Notes under the pieces: generated by a model
The model's input: the letters and a program-made list of their open reading frames with translations, nothing else
Told to the model about the DNA's origin: nothing
The model's database searches: none
Part shown: one piece after another, positions 24,215 to 36,540 of the stretch
How the letters are laid out: the number at the start of each line of letters is the position of its first letter
Position numbering within the stretch: position 1 is the stretch's first letter
Assembly: GCA_036630325.1 (NCBI GenBank)
Contig: CP142728.1
Span: 620,001 to 684,000, forward strand
Direction: 5' to 3'
Length of the DNA: 64,000 bases
Origin: Vairimorpha necatrix
Taxonomy: Eukaryota
Program-made: the position numbers and the translations under genes

Positions 24215-25627
24215 TTATAATTTCTTAATCATTGACTCTAAATTACAATCCTCAATTATATATCCAATATCTTTTAGTTTATTCCTCACGTCATCACATA
24301 TTTCGAATAATTTCTTTTTATTATCATTGTTTTTCGCTGCCTTTCTTACATCATTTCTGAAATTGTTAATTAGTTCGGCTAACTTTTTACTATCATCGTC
24401 TCTAGTTTTCTCTTTCTTACTAATTCCTAAAATATCCATAATTCTCCTTAGGAAATCTCTAACTTGATAAAGAGTGTAAATGTTTATCAATCCGCTTCTT
24501 GTATTCGTAAATGTAACTAATTCTAATAAAGCCTTTATGACTGACGGTGTATCAAAGTTATTAGAAAAAGATTCATCTACTATTTTGTTTGTTTTACTAA
24601 TAAAACTTAGTACCTCATTGTCTATTTCGGTATATTTACTTGTAGTATCTGTGCTACTTTCTACATACATTAAAAAATTATATAACTTTTTCTCTACATT
24701 TTCTGCAAATTTTAATTGACTCTCTTCGTAGTTCATATCTTTATTCCACTGATGATGTAAAAAGAGAATTCTAAGTTGAATCGGAGTGCATCTTTCTAAA
24801 ATTGATTTTATAGTTGTAAAATTTTTAAGAGATTTTGACATTTTTAGACCGTTAATATTTAAATGACCAGTATGCATAAAATATACGACCCAGGGTTCTT
24901 TCTGATGCCGAGCTTGACATTGCGCTATTTCATTTTCATGATGTGGAAATTTTAAATCTACGCCTCCCGCGTGAATATCAATAAAATCGCCAAGTACATC
25001 ATTAGACATAACACTACATTCGATATGCCAACCTGGTCTGCCTTCGTCATTTAAATCTGTCCCGCTTCCTTTTTTCCATAAGGCAAAATCCATATGAGAT
25101 TTCTTATCTACAAGATTTTTTTCGTCGACGCTATTATTAGCTGACTCGTCTCTAAAAATGGGATATTGAAAATTTTTCTTGTATTCGTTCACATCAAAAT
25201 AAATACTCCCGTTACTTTCGTAGGCGTATTTGTTGTCTACCAAGACTTGAACATATTCTTTAATTTTTTCAATGTATTCAGTTACTTTTGTTAAGACTGT
25301 AGGTCTTCTTACATTAAGTAAAGACATATCGTCTAAAAACAGTTTTGTATATTTGGTAGTAATTTCACTCATAGAAACACCGTCTTCTTTACTTTTATTG
25401 ATTATTTTATCATCTATATCTGTAATATTCATTACAAATGTCACATTATAATTGTAATATTTTTCTAAAATGTTTCTTATCACATCAAAGGACACGTAAG
25501 TACGGGCATGACCAATGTGACTGTGGTCATAGACAGTTGGCCCACAAATGTAAATTTTTACATTGTGTGGATCTCGTGGTTTAAATTCTTCCAATTTTTT
25601 AGTCAAAGAGTTAAAGATCTTTAACAT
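24215..25627 (-). CDS. CARS1: Cysteinyl-tRNA synthetase (class I)
   Basis: YICGPTVYDHSHIGHAR (HIGH), NITDIDDKII, DFALWK, GRPGWHIECS, DIHAGGVDLKFPHHENE, KMSKS; cccc 2 nt before the ATG. Confidence 0.98.
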   Translation of the reverse strand: MLKIFNSLTKKLEEFKPRDPHNVKIYICGPTVYDHSHIGHARTYVSFDVIRNILEKYYNYNVTFVMNITDIDDKIINKSKEDGVSMSEITTKYTKLFLDDMSLLNVRRPTVLTKVTEYIEKIKEYVQVLVDNKYAYESNGSIYFDVNEYKKNFQYPIFRDESANNSVDEKNLVDKKSHMDFALWKKGSGTDLNDEGRPGWHIECSVMSNDVLGDFIDIHAGGVDLKFPHHENEIAQCQARHQKEPWVVYFMHTGHLNINGLKMSKSLKNFTTIKSILERCTPIQLRILFLHHQWNKDMNYEESQLKFAENVEKKLYNFLMYVESSTDTTSKYTEIDNEVLSFISKTNKIVDESFSNNFDTPSVIKALLELVTFTNTRSGLINIYTLYQVRDFLRRIMDILGISKKEKTRDDDSKKLAELINNFRNDVRKAAKNNDNKKKLFEICDDVRNKLKDIGYIIEDCNLESMIKKL

Positions 25628-25634
25628 TTGGGGT
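25628..25634 (-). promoter_or_regulatory. CCC motif immediately upstream of a start codon (CysRS shown as the example)
   Basis: A C3-C6 run within ~10 nt of the ATG, preceded by AT-rich sequence, recurs at 3080, 20206, 22375, 25627, 26020, 32849, 36232, 40898, 49558, 49926, 51403, 56374 and 62618. This is the known microsporidian CCC/GGG-type start signal. Confidence 0.85.
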
Positions 25635-25726
25635 ATAAAAGAAATGAAAAAATAAATGAGTCTTTTTAATATTAGTAAAATTTGTAGAATTGAATTTCTA
25701 AATTAATAATAAAAATGATTTTTTGT

Positions 25727-26020
25727 TTATTTATATAAATATGAAAATACATCAAGCATATCATTTTTATCACACCATTCTTCTATGAATTTTATAAATT
25801 CATATTTAGAACATTTGTCTACCCTTTTTAGAGGAAATTTAATAGACCAAGCACTAAAATAGTCAATTATATTATCAATTTCTTTTTCTAAATTGTCCCA
25901 AGTATCAATTTCACCTTTATTTGAATCTTTAATGTGCTCTGATAAAAAAGAAATTCCATCTTTAGAAGTTAGAAAGTTTTTTGTTATGTTTTTTTCATTG
26001 TATCTTTTTTTACTATCCAT
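25727..26020 (-). CDS. Small protein resembling the Swi3/Csm3/Tipin replication-fork-protection domain
   Basis: Spacing FLTSKDGISFL...IDNIIDYFSAWSIKFP...YEFIKFIE resembles the Swi3 pattern (LLSxxGIxxL...LxxLLxxYxxWAxxLFP...xDFIxxVE); cccc motif upstream. Recognised by eye. Confidence 0.55.
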   Translation of the reverse strand: MDSKKRYNEKNITKNFLTSKDGISFLSEHIKDSNKGEIDTWDNLEKEIDNIIDYFSAWSIKFPLKRVDKCSKYEFIKFIEEWCDKNDMLDVFSYLYK

Positions 26021-26869
26021 CTAAGTTCGGGGCAATGTTTTCAATAATTTGTATTTCAATTAAAAAATTTGAGATTTTTTTTAAAAACACAAGCTAATTC
26101 GTTTGTTTTAATTATGTTATAGAAATTTGCTTTCATAAAATTGGTTAATATTTTTTGCAAAAAAATCCATAGAAAAATATATTTAAAAGATGACAATTTA
26201 AATATGCTCATAGTTGATAGGGTTAATGTTGATAATTTAGCTCCAATTTGACTCATAGAAGCGTTATATTTTTTTAAAAAAATGTTTGATCAGTTCAATG
26301 TGGTGAAATATATCAGAGGATCATTAGTCGATCCATGAAGCTGTGCATTATATATACAAAAGAGATTGACTCTAAATTTGATAACTAAGCAGATCATAAA
26401 AGTTTTTTAGCTCCCGTAGGATTAGAATCCATAAGAAGTAGGTAGTGTATAAGAAGAAGCCTTTGAGCGTTGCTCTCTGGCATGAGGTAAGCTGAGTAAC
26501 TCAGAAGATGAATTGAAGTAGAACTGTTGGGCTAGAAAGATTCATATTTACAAGCTATCAAAACAACTGGCCGATAAACAAGGAGGAAGTGTAGTCAAAA
26601 CATATTATCCATGCCCGAGATTTCTCGATTTAGACGGGCATGTGTGAGATATAGATGATAAAAAGGCATTTTAATACAATAAGACGCGTGTTCTTAGATC
26701 TTCTAAACACTAATTGAAAATTTCATCTACTTACTTTTGCACTGGCCAAGATTGTTTGAGGGTTTATAGTAAATTGACATAGAGATATTATAAGAATACT
26801 GGCGAGCTCGTCTTTACAACAAATGCATGTTTGTAATAGAAACCAATATAATTTTTTGGTTAAAATATC

Positions 26870-27324
26870 TTCTTACTAATTACTTTTCACAAGATGAACT
26901 CACAATCTCTTCTGGAAGTTCCGGCGTTCCTTCTGTAATCCACATCTTGGTCTCTCGAACACCTCTTCCTCTCAGTATCAAGCCCATGCCTGATTGACAT
27001 AGTTAAGTTTTCTAAATTTAATTGCAAGATGCTTTTCTGTATATATGCTTCCGTTCTGGGCTCTAATCAGAGCTCTTTGATATGCGCGCGGGGAAATTAG
27101 TTACTATTCCATTCCAAGTCATTATGTAAGGAATAATTTTTGGTTTGTATTTGTAGGGAAAAGCGTAAAATTACAAGCAAGCCTATTTATGTTTCTTTTC
27201 TGTTTCTACAGCAGGAAGGTTGTTATAGCTTGTGTTTCCAACCTCAACAACATAAACTTCTTTCCCCAACTTGTCCACAATTAGTATATCAGACTTGTTA
27301 TACTTTATTTTGATACTAAAATAT
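26870..27324 (-). mobile_element. RLE-type non-LTR retrotransposon 3' fragment, interrupted by the MULE
   Basis: KYNKSDILIVDKLGKEVYVVEVGNTS...VETEKKHK...KIIPYIMTWNGIVT, homologous to the 10020-10860 fragment; appears to continue briefly beyond 28901. Confidence 0.75.
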
Positions 27325-28892
27325 GGTGACCGGAAGTTTCGTCCCGGTGGTAGGGGTAAAAAAACAAAAATACTCATTTTTTTAATTTTTTTACCCCTAC
27401 CACTGGGACGAAACTTCCAATGTAAAAAATAAAAATCAAAATTTATAGTTTTATGTTTTCATAGACAAAATCTGCTCCAACTTCTTCATCCTCGGTTTTA
27501 TTTAAAAATATTGCCAGCCGAATCTCTTTATCTTCGTATTTTTGTTTCCGTTCAAAATCATGATTAAAAACGGTTTGTTGTATTATCTTGATTCTAACTA
27601 TATCTTCTTTGTCCTTTAACTTACTCACTAATAAGTGCAAACTGTAGCGACTTGTACCAGATGTGTTTATAAAGGTATTATTCCAAATTTCAATGACATT
27701 ATTCGTTCTTGGAAAATCAACATCCATATTATACCGCGTGTGGCACAAATTCGGAGAAAACGGCATTTTAAATCAATATAATTTAAAAAAATGGAATGTA
27801 ACTCAGTTAAACATTCCGGAAAATTTCTGTATTGTTTTTGATCTAAAAAAGTATGCAATATTTCGTCTTATCAACACATGCAAGTGCCGTAAGAGACAAA
27901 ACAAATTTTTTAACCATAGATAAACATGTGTAAAAAGAAGAAAGTTTTGAACTTTTAACACGTCTATCAATAGCCTGAGCTAATTGAAAAAGACAAACTG
28001 AAATTATACAATCCGGGGGAAACTATGGGAAATGCTCTTATCGCAGCATACTCAAAATCTAATTTTATCAAGCTTGTGTTGAGCTCGTGAAACCTTTTTT
28101 ACCATTCAAAACAAAAAACAATAGGTTTAAAACTTTTTTTTTCAAAATTGCAAATATTATCGGGAATACATGCGCATCGCGGATAAAACTAATGGCATAA
28201 AGTTGATAATACGGATTAGGTACCACCGTAAAAGTCTTATCCATCACCCACATGTCATACTGTGCCAATTTTTAGATAGTCGAATCTGTATAAAAAATTA
28301 TTATACTTTTATTATGTCTATCACTTCAGTAATTTTCAGGCCCCCATCGATACCATTATTCGCCTGTATGACCGATTAGTAAATCAGCACATAAACCCAA
28401 AGTTTGGTTGGCGTATGGTTTATGATTTAGAAAATCCATCTAGCATTCCTTAAAATTCTTGTTATATTCTCAATAGGGCTACTGTGGCGATTGTTGCTTC
28501 CCCTGCTCCTCTTAAGGCAGAGGGAAAATGTTTTTAGGAGAATCTTGCCAGAGGGTTTCCTGATTTATTTTATTTCTTTTATTCTTCTTACAGACCAGTT
28601 CAGCATTTGGTTCATGATTATTGACTGAAAAAGAAATAAAAGATTCGAGATTGTTGACGTAAACAATACTACTAATAGCCGTGGCATTACAGCTTCTTAT
28701 AATGCACCGACACTTTATAGTAGTATTATTAGTTCTCCTTTTCTCGTAAATATTTAGATTATCATCTATTATTTGGTCCTTATTCCTTTTGCTTTTAATG
28801 ATCTGTTTCGTCCAGGTCATAGGGGCTAAAAAAATAAAAACCGATTTTCTTATTTTTTTAATCCTTATGACCGGGACAACCCTCCGGGTACC
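27325..28892 (-). mobile_element. Mutator-like (MULE) DNA transposon with decayed transposase
   Basis: 9-bp TSD ctaaaatat (27316-27324) / ctgaaatat (28893-28901); diverged GG...CC TIRs. Fragments: FLYWCH-like finger (28512-28820), WVMDKTF..VP..YYQLY (28068-28268), PRTNNVIEIWN (27443-27766). Confidence 0.88.
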
Positions 28893-29212
28893 CTGAAATA
28901 TACCCTACTTTAACTCTTGCAGTAAGAAAAATTGTTTAATTTTGTATGTAATTCAAAATCTTGAAGTTTTTATGTGTGTTTAGTCCTGTTTAAGGCGACG
29001 TAAAACATGTGAGTAACAATGGGAATGCCTTGGTTTTGATTTTATGTTGTAAAAAAGATCAAAAATTTGAAATTTTTAAAGTTCATTATAAAAAATATAT
29101 TTCAAAATTATAAAAATTTATCCGACTAACAATGAAACTGAAATTCATGAAAGTCCAAAATAAAAATGGAAAATTCATATACAATGTATAAAATAAATAA
29201 AAGAATGATGTA

Positions 29213-30150
29213 TCATTTATTGTTATATATTTGATTCAACTTTTCATATATTTCCTTGGCTATGTCAGATCTATTTGATAGAAGAACTAATTTATGTTTT
29301 ATTAACCAGTAAACGTTAATTACTCTTTGTTTAATAAATGTATTTTTGTAATCATAAAGCCTTAATTTGTTATTCATTATTTCCAAAGTTTCTATTATTG
29401 GTATATACTTGAATAAAGAAAATATTTCAATATTGTAATTATGAATATCGATTCTATGTTTGTTTAGTATATAACCATTCATTTTTATTTTCATATTATA
29501 AACCGTCAAAAAAAATTCAAAAAGCTTTATAAATTCAAAAAAGATATACTTGATTTCGGTAGGGGCATCTGAATTCTCGATTTCTCTTTTGATTTGAGGG
29601 AACGTTAGTAGAGTTAATTGATATAAAAAATTGTTTTTTATTCGTGTAATTTCCTTGTAATGCTTGTTGATATGATCCTCAACTTTTTTATATTTTTCGA
29701 TATGTACGCCTATTTCCCTTTTTGAAATTGATTTTAATTCCATTACTGTAATAAATGTTTTTATTCTGTTTTCGCATGCGTATAAATATTTTTTAATTTC
29801 GTTAGTTATATTTTGTAAAATTTGAGCATTGTTTTCTACGATTTTTTTTGTTCTGTGTCCTTTTCCATAAATTTATGATATGTATTAGTAAAGCTTTGTT
29901 TATTTTTCTGTTTATCATATTGTCTACATTGAAATTTAGCCTGAGATGAAGTGTTATAAAGACAATTAGTATTTTTGTACTCAAATACGCTACCCAAAAA
30001 GGTAATATTTGCTTTTTTTTGCGCACAAAGTATAAACTTTAGCACGAACAACATATAGGGCACACAAAAAATGGGTTTACAGACCACATCATTTTTAAAA
30101 TACTTAGTGATGTACAATATAATTTGATTAAAACAGGAAGCATTCTATAA
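29213..30150 (-). pseudogene. Family B paralogue, fragmented 5' half
   Basis: 29213-29743 aligns with 40056-40898 ([46 protein letters not shown]); upstream sequence is split into short ORFs. 5' limit approximate. Confidence 0.7.
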
Positions 30151-31772
30151 AACGATACAAAACATTATAACATTCCAAAATAATGACGTGTGAAAAAAAC
30201 AATACAATGTAAAAAATGCGTCATGCTTTTTATCAAAACAAAAATGTAACTAATATTAGAAAATATATTAGTTTATTTATTTCAAATAAAATTATTTGTA
30301 ACATATAATTCATCATGATGTTTACTTCTTTAAGATATACAATGTTAACTATATTACATTTACAATGTATCTGCGCTTTATTAATATATCTTCGTATTTA
30401 ATCTACTATTTCTCATCACATGCCTCGTTTGTTTAGAAAAGATTTTATCGAGGAAGTAAAGTAAACACAGTTTCACTCTCTGTAATCCCAAGACTAGAAA
30501 AAAAAACAGTACTTGTGACTAATGCGAATGGATATGTCTAAAAATTATAGTACGGATTCTGCAAATAAATAACTAACACTTCAAACAATGGATACATCCC
30601 CCATTAATGCGTTTATTTATGTATTTTTGCTCTGAGGAGGCATAGATTTATATTAAGTTTGGTAATATCGTGCTTACACTGAAGCCCGACGTTTTCTTAT
30701 GATGATAATACAAAATTTGCTGCTGTTTGGTTGACATTGTGTTTATACATAAAGATTTATGATCGATACCAAACAATCATCACATTGCGGGTTTATTTAA
30801 AGGTAATCATCTATATTTTTAATTAAAAATTGTATCCGCTGCAATAATCATTGATTCATGAAATTTATGTGTTACCTAGTCACATGCAATTTTTGTGTTC
30901 TTTAAATGATATTTAGTTTATTTTTTTATTGTGTAGCCAGTATTCCATTGTGTATAAAGCATTCTAGCAGTTGAAAATCCGGTGCGGTGCAACATAAAAT
31001 TTACCCTATGGAAAATAGGAATTACTACACGAGAAAGAGTTCTGTAACCTTGTCATACCCCGTAGAATTCTGTTACCAGTGGATTAATCAGTCTTTAACA
31101 AGTGAAGAACGCGATTCATAGAATTCGAAACAGAAATGAAGCCATATAGGTATAAGAATGAAGAGCGGATTGCCTAGGTATTGATGCTTTCAAGTTTACA
31201 CTACAATTTCAATATAATCTTTATTAAATTGCTCGTAATTACAGCGGCAGAACTCTCGTCGCAAGGGGATATGAGCATTAAAGGTGTTGATCAACCTATA
31301 GCTAAGTTTAGTTGATGCACCAAAACTTATCTGCAAGGAAATTTATAGATAAGTTTATGTAAGCAAAATTTTACATTAGTAACTAAAGAAGATTTAGTTG
31401 GTGCATTTCGGATATCTATGTTCGTTTCCAAAACATCCTTTACCTTTAGGAAATAGAAACTCTCTCAGTAAAACAAAAAAAATTTACAGTTCGATATGAC
31501 TGAATTGCTCTATATGCTCCAATATGGCCGCTTCAAAAAATAATTTTAATTATTCGTAGTAATGGTATATGAATCCACGACAGTAGAATATAACAGCAAG
31601 CCGATTACGTTTCATCCATTTCATTGTAGTGATCAATAATCACAAAAAAAGCTGATTATTTTTGAACACAGTTTTTATAAACGCTATGATTTACCAATGA
31701 AAAACATACAAATTGTATAATTGGATATTAAAAAGAAACACAGAATAAACATGATCTAAAATAATAAAAAAT

Positions 31773-32849
31773 TTAATCAATTGAATTTTGCATCTCTGTA
31801 ATTAAATTACATAGTTCAAAAATCTGTGAACACACGTTATTATTATATAAAAGGTTAAAGTTTTTTTGTATAATGTCCAAACAATACATAATATGATTTA
31901 CGTTATAGTCATTCGTTTGTACTTTACTAATAAAATGAACATGTATTCTTCCAATAAATTCTGGTATATTTATAGTTTGAGTTACTGTTTTTATTTTCCA
32001 AATAGATAAATAACATAAATATTTCAGCTGCAATGAAAACGTTTCCGAAGTATAATTGCCCTGGTTAGGCATCATGAATTTACATATATCCAATGTAAAA
32101 TTTAAAGCATCGACAAACAATTCTTGATCAGAAATGGCGGGATTTTTTAATATACTTAGTATCCATTTTATTTTATCAATTATACTTTCTCTACACCAAC
32201 AATTTTTTTGCCTTATACGTCGTCTCTTGGCCTCAATTTTTGTATAATATTTTCTGATATTATTAATTTGAATTTTTTTTGTAGGTATATACAAGAGATA
32301 ATTTTCAGCTTTTTTTTCAATAGTTTTAAATATTCTTTTCAAATTTGTAAAATGATTGTTTAGAGATACATTATCATGTATGTTATTTGTTTCGTTTTTG
32401 TTGACGACGCCGGATGTCATTTGTTGATTTGAGTCATAGATAGCGTTCCTATATTTGTCAAAATTATTCACATAGAATATAGACATTGATTTGTTCTCCA
32501 GCCTATTCACGTTTTCAAATACCGTTCCATCATTTATTCGCAAACTAGATCGATCTTGTTCAAATTTTTCTCCGTTTAGCAAATAATTGTCTGTATTTTT
32601 TTCTTTTGTAATTTCATTATTTTCCTTAAGATTGGAATCGTCCGCTAATATGGTCTTGTAATTTTTATAAAATTCGAATATATCCTCGACGTTTTCAATC
32701 TCTAACGTTTCGTTGATACCCTCCGCCATAATTGACTCGAAATCAAATAAACCATGATTAGGTTTTTTATCGAATTCTTGCAACATATGAGTATTACTAT
32801 TATTAATTATACTGATTGAACAATTTAATAAAGTAATAAATAAAATCAT
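31773..32849 (-). CDS. Family A putative secreted protein (358 aa)
   Basis: Short hydrophobic N-terminus MILFITLLNCS; family motifs FDFESIMAE, VEDIFEFY, VDALNF, WKIKTVTQTINIPEFI; C6 run before the ATG. Confidence 0.88.
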   Translation of the reverse strand: MILFITLLNCSISIINNSNTHMLQEFDKKPNHGLFDFESIMAEGINETLEIENVEDIFEFYKNYKTILADDSNLKENNEITKEKNTDNYLLNGEKFEQDRSSLRINDGTVFENVNRLENKSMSIFYVNNFDKYRNAIYDSNQQMTSGVVNKNETNNIHDNVSLNNHFTNLKRIFKTIEKKAENYLLYIPTKKIQINNIRKYYTKIEAKRRRIRQKNCWCRESIIDKIKWILSILKNPAISDQELFVDALNFTLDICKFMMPNQGNYTSETFSLQLKYLCYLSIWKIKTVTQTINIPEFIGRIHVHFISKVQTNDYNVNHIMYCLDIIQKNFNLLYNNNVCSQIFELCNLITEMQNSID

Positions 32850-35059
32850 AGGGGGGTTTTAATTTTAATTACAGTCAATTAAATCAAAAATATCCTTTAA
32901 TGTGTAATTTTTGATTTAATAAAAATTATACACGGAGCCCAATTACCATAAATTCGTGTCTATGATAGCTTTTTCCTTCATTTTATTACATATCTATCTA
33001 TCATAACGCTTTTAACAGTCTCCTTGTCACATATTTGCAGCATATATGCTTTAATTATTTCAGTTAACGCAAGATACTTTTTGTTAAAATCGTATATATT
33101 TATTCTCAGCTTAAGAGTCCTAATGTTAGAGGTCGAAAGTATTGTTTTGACCAATAGTAGGCTACCAACGCTAAATAAAGAATAATTTAGTCTATTCAGA
33201 ACATGTATTTTATCATCTCAAAATGATAAACCCTATATGGTCATGCCTGCATTAAATTTACACACAAAAAAAGCAATTTTTGAAATAAAAACTTTTGTCA
33301 TGATAAGAGAGATGAGGAAATGAAAAACTAAGTGATCGGTGGTTGATGCCCTCTGTATTAGTTTATTTTGCAAACTTTAAAAAACGTTTATTGGCAGAGG
33401 TTTGTGGTCTAGGGCCGTTATCATATAGAAGTTTGTTACACACAAACCAATTTTTATGGCGATTAGTATTCAACTCAGCATATTAATTAAGATTATGGCG
33501 ATGTGGCTTTTAAGTAGGCGTATGTGGAAATTAAGCATGGTCGTCTATTGTGTTAGTGCGAATTGGTGATTTTTGAATAAATTTGCTAATAATCTATCTA
33601 TATGAACTTTATAAAGCCAATATGATTATTAATGATAGCATATTTGCATATAGCTACCAAAGCTAAATAAAAAAGGCCGTTCTTTTCGGCGTCAGATTTA
33701 GAGATGAAATTATTGAGAAAAAATCTCTGTAAATCTGTTATAAGTTTTTTTTGATCATCCCTACGGATACTTGAGTAGGGTTTATAACGTTCAATTACTA
33801 AAAAAGTACCTTAATAAAATATTTAACAAATAAACGTTTTCTGTTTTCTTTTACTAATAAAAGTATTACGATTTTTTATAAAAAGTAGAGAAAAAGAATA
33901 AAATTTTTAGCTTAACTTCATTAAATATGTGAAATTTTTTTTTTGAAAAAAAATACATATAAAACTTCACTATATTATAAAACCTATAACTAAAAATAGT
34001 TATTGAGAAGTTCATTTTTATATTCTTGACTATATAGTATTTTTTTACGTTAAATTTTATCAGCTTACATTATAAATTAAAGTAGATTTGCCCTATTTGA
34101 CTAAATATTACAGGCCATTCACGTTGTTATTTATTTAAAAGTAAGCCGTTTAAATTAAACAAATTATAAACATGCTTAGGAATAGACAAAATATTTTTAC
34201 GTATTTATTCCTTTACTAGTGGATTCAAACATTCATTTATTATATTACTACATAAATGCTTGACTGGTATTATTCGTCCTATAAAAAATCATACACCCAT
34301 TTTTTTATTGTAAATATAATTTTAATTATCTATATTTATATGTATATTAATTTTTCTTGTTGTAATGGAATTTTTTAGTAATAAAGTTTGTCGTTTTAAG
34401 CAAAATTAACACAACCAAGCACTCTCTTCATTTCTATTGCCGTTTGTAGTTTTTTCTTAATTTCCGTAATTTGCGCAATACGACGTCAATATGCCGAAAG
34501 ACAGGATTTTGAAGAACCCCCCCCCCTGACAACATAAAAATTCCGCATTTAACAGACCACAATATATAAATCGAATAATAAATACGATTTATATATTTAT
34601 AATATGATTTTTTATATCATTCAAGAATTTAATGATCCTTATATCTCATGTGCTGTTTTCTGACATTTTGCAGATATATCATTCAAAGTTACATATATAA
34701 AATGTTTTACGGCATAAAAACAACATATAAAGCCGAGTATACTTAATATTATAATTGAAATAAACAACATCCGAATTATAATACTTGATAGTATTTACGA
34801 GCCCTTTTACAAGCATTTTGTATTTGAAAGATTTATCCAACGTTCATACTGTTATGATTAAAAGTTGCGTTGTGTCAAGAAATGGGATGATAATCATATC
34901 CCAGTATAACGTTGATTGATGTGTTTCCATGTATCTTAAAAATATAATGCAAAAATAAGATCGACCGAGATAAATGGTACAGCAAAAGATAAATGAAATA
35001 CGAATGTTGAAGTTTAGTGATCAAAAACAAAAAAAAAATATTCGTTAAATTATTTTATT

Positions 35060-36232
35060 TCAATTGTGCATTTCTGCAATTAGCCTACATATTTTATTCA
35101 TTCGTGAACATATTTTTTCTTTATCTACAGAAAAAAAGTTCGAAACTTTTTCTTTGAGGCAACTTAGATCATATAAAATATGAGATTCTATGTAGCTTTT
35201 GTTTTGAATTTTACTCCTAAAAACAACATAAATTGTTTCGATGAATTCTGGTAAATTACAAGTATTTGTAATAAAATTCAATTTCCAAATGTAAATATCA
35301 AAGTATTGTTTTAGCTGTAGGGAATGTGTTTTTAAATGTAATCTAGTAATCTTAGGTAATATAAAATTACTGACATTTATAATAACATTTATAGCGTCAA
35401 TAATTATATTATTATCCAAGTATTCCAATTTATTAAGTTTTTTATTGATCATTAAGGCTCTATCTAATATTTCTTTTTTAAAAACTATATGTCTATGGCT
35501 TAAGTAGCCTCTTATTTTTATTATTTTGTCGTTAATAATGTTAAAATTTCCAATAATGTTGACCTTCATTATTTTATGTGATAATTTTTCGTCAACTTTC
35601 TCTTTAATTATTCTAAAATTGTTTTCAATTTCGATAAGTTGGTGTTTGAGTAATGCATACATATTAAATTCAATATTTTTTTTTTGATCTATTGTATCAT
35701 AAATAACCTTTTTGCAATTATTGTAGATATTTGTTTTATCAGTTTTCATATTAAATTGATTTGACAAAGTCTTTAGCATGTACTTTGATTTATCCTCTCT
35801 TTCTTGTATGTTTTCATTGTCGATTGGAAGAATTAATCTGTTGTTTCCCAAATTTTTTTCCTTTTTCAAAAAATCATCTTTGACATTCATGGGTTTCTGT
35901 GTACTTTCGTCATTAAATTCACAAATGATGTCATTTTGTTCCAAACTATTACCACTTTGTAAAAAATTAATTATATTTTTTATTTGATGTTCTTTTGCAG
36001 TTTCATTCATATCTTTACAAGTGCCTTGGTCAGGAAACGGCCTCGCCTCACTTTTGAAGTATTCTATCATGTCCTCATAATCTTCATCAGTCACTTCTTT
36101 GCATATTAGTTCTAAATCAACATTGTCTTTGCAATTTGGTCGATTATTATTCGGAAATTGTTGGTACATAGTTGTATTATAGTAATTATACATGTTATTT
36201 GAACTTTTTAGAATAGAAAAAAACAAAAACAT
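35060..36232 (-). CDS. Family A putative secreted protein (~390 aa)
   Basis: Start placed at the ATG after cccc (MFLFFSILKSSN), matching the paralogues; motifs QIKNIINFL, IIDAINVI, WKLNFITNTCNLPEFIETIY. Confidence 0.88.
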   Translation of the reverse strand: MFLFFSILKSSNNMYNYYNTTMYQQFPNNNRPNCKDNVDLELICKEVTDEDYEDMIEYFKSEARPFPDQGTCKDMNETAKEHQIKNIINFLQSGNSLEQNDIICEFNDESTQKPMNVKDDFLKKEKNLGNNRLILPIDNENIQEREDKSKYMLKTLSNQFNMKTDKTNIYNNCKKVIYDTIDQKKNIEFNMYALLKHQLIEIENNFRIIKEKVDEKLSHKIMKVNIIGNFNIINDKIIKIRGYLSHRHIVFKKEILDRALMINKKLNKLEYLDNNIIIDAINVIINVSNFILPKITRLHLKTHSLQLKQYFDIYIWKLNFITNTCNLPEFIETIYVVFRSKIQNKSYIESHILYDLSCLKEKVSNFFSVDKEKICSRMNKICRLIAEMHN

Positions 36233-36309
36233 TAAGTGGGGCATTTATAATTTTTTTATTAAAATTTTAAAAATATTTATATACTAAAATAAATGAATAT
36301 AATGAGGGT

Positions 36310-36540
36310 ACGCCTATTGTAATTTATATTTTAAGATTAACAAGGATAGGTTCCGCGTTAGCGTCTCCTGCTTGTATGTGGCTTCTCGTCTCCATAGTCC
36401 ATTCCAACACGTCTTCGTCTTCTCTCCTTCGGTAGTTCAGAGAAATGCTTTCTAGCGTCTTCTTTGGCGTGATCATCTGGATGAACGCTTCGACCTTATT
36501 AGGAATTTCAAGTCTTGTGGTATAAGATTTGTGAAACTAA
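36310..36540 (-). mobile_element. Very short 5'-truncated RLE-type non-LTR retrotransposon tail
   Basis: Reads FHKSYTTRLEIPNKVEAFIQMITPKKTLESISLNYRR..., matching the extreme C-terminus seen near 10560-10650 (KYHRKYIRELEIQPS...LKK...SL..RR). Confidence 0.65.
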
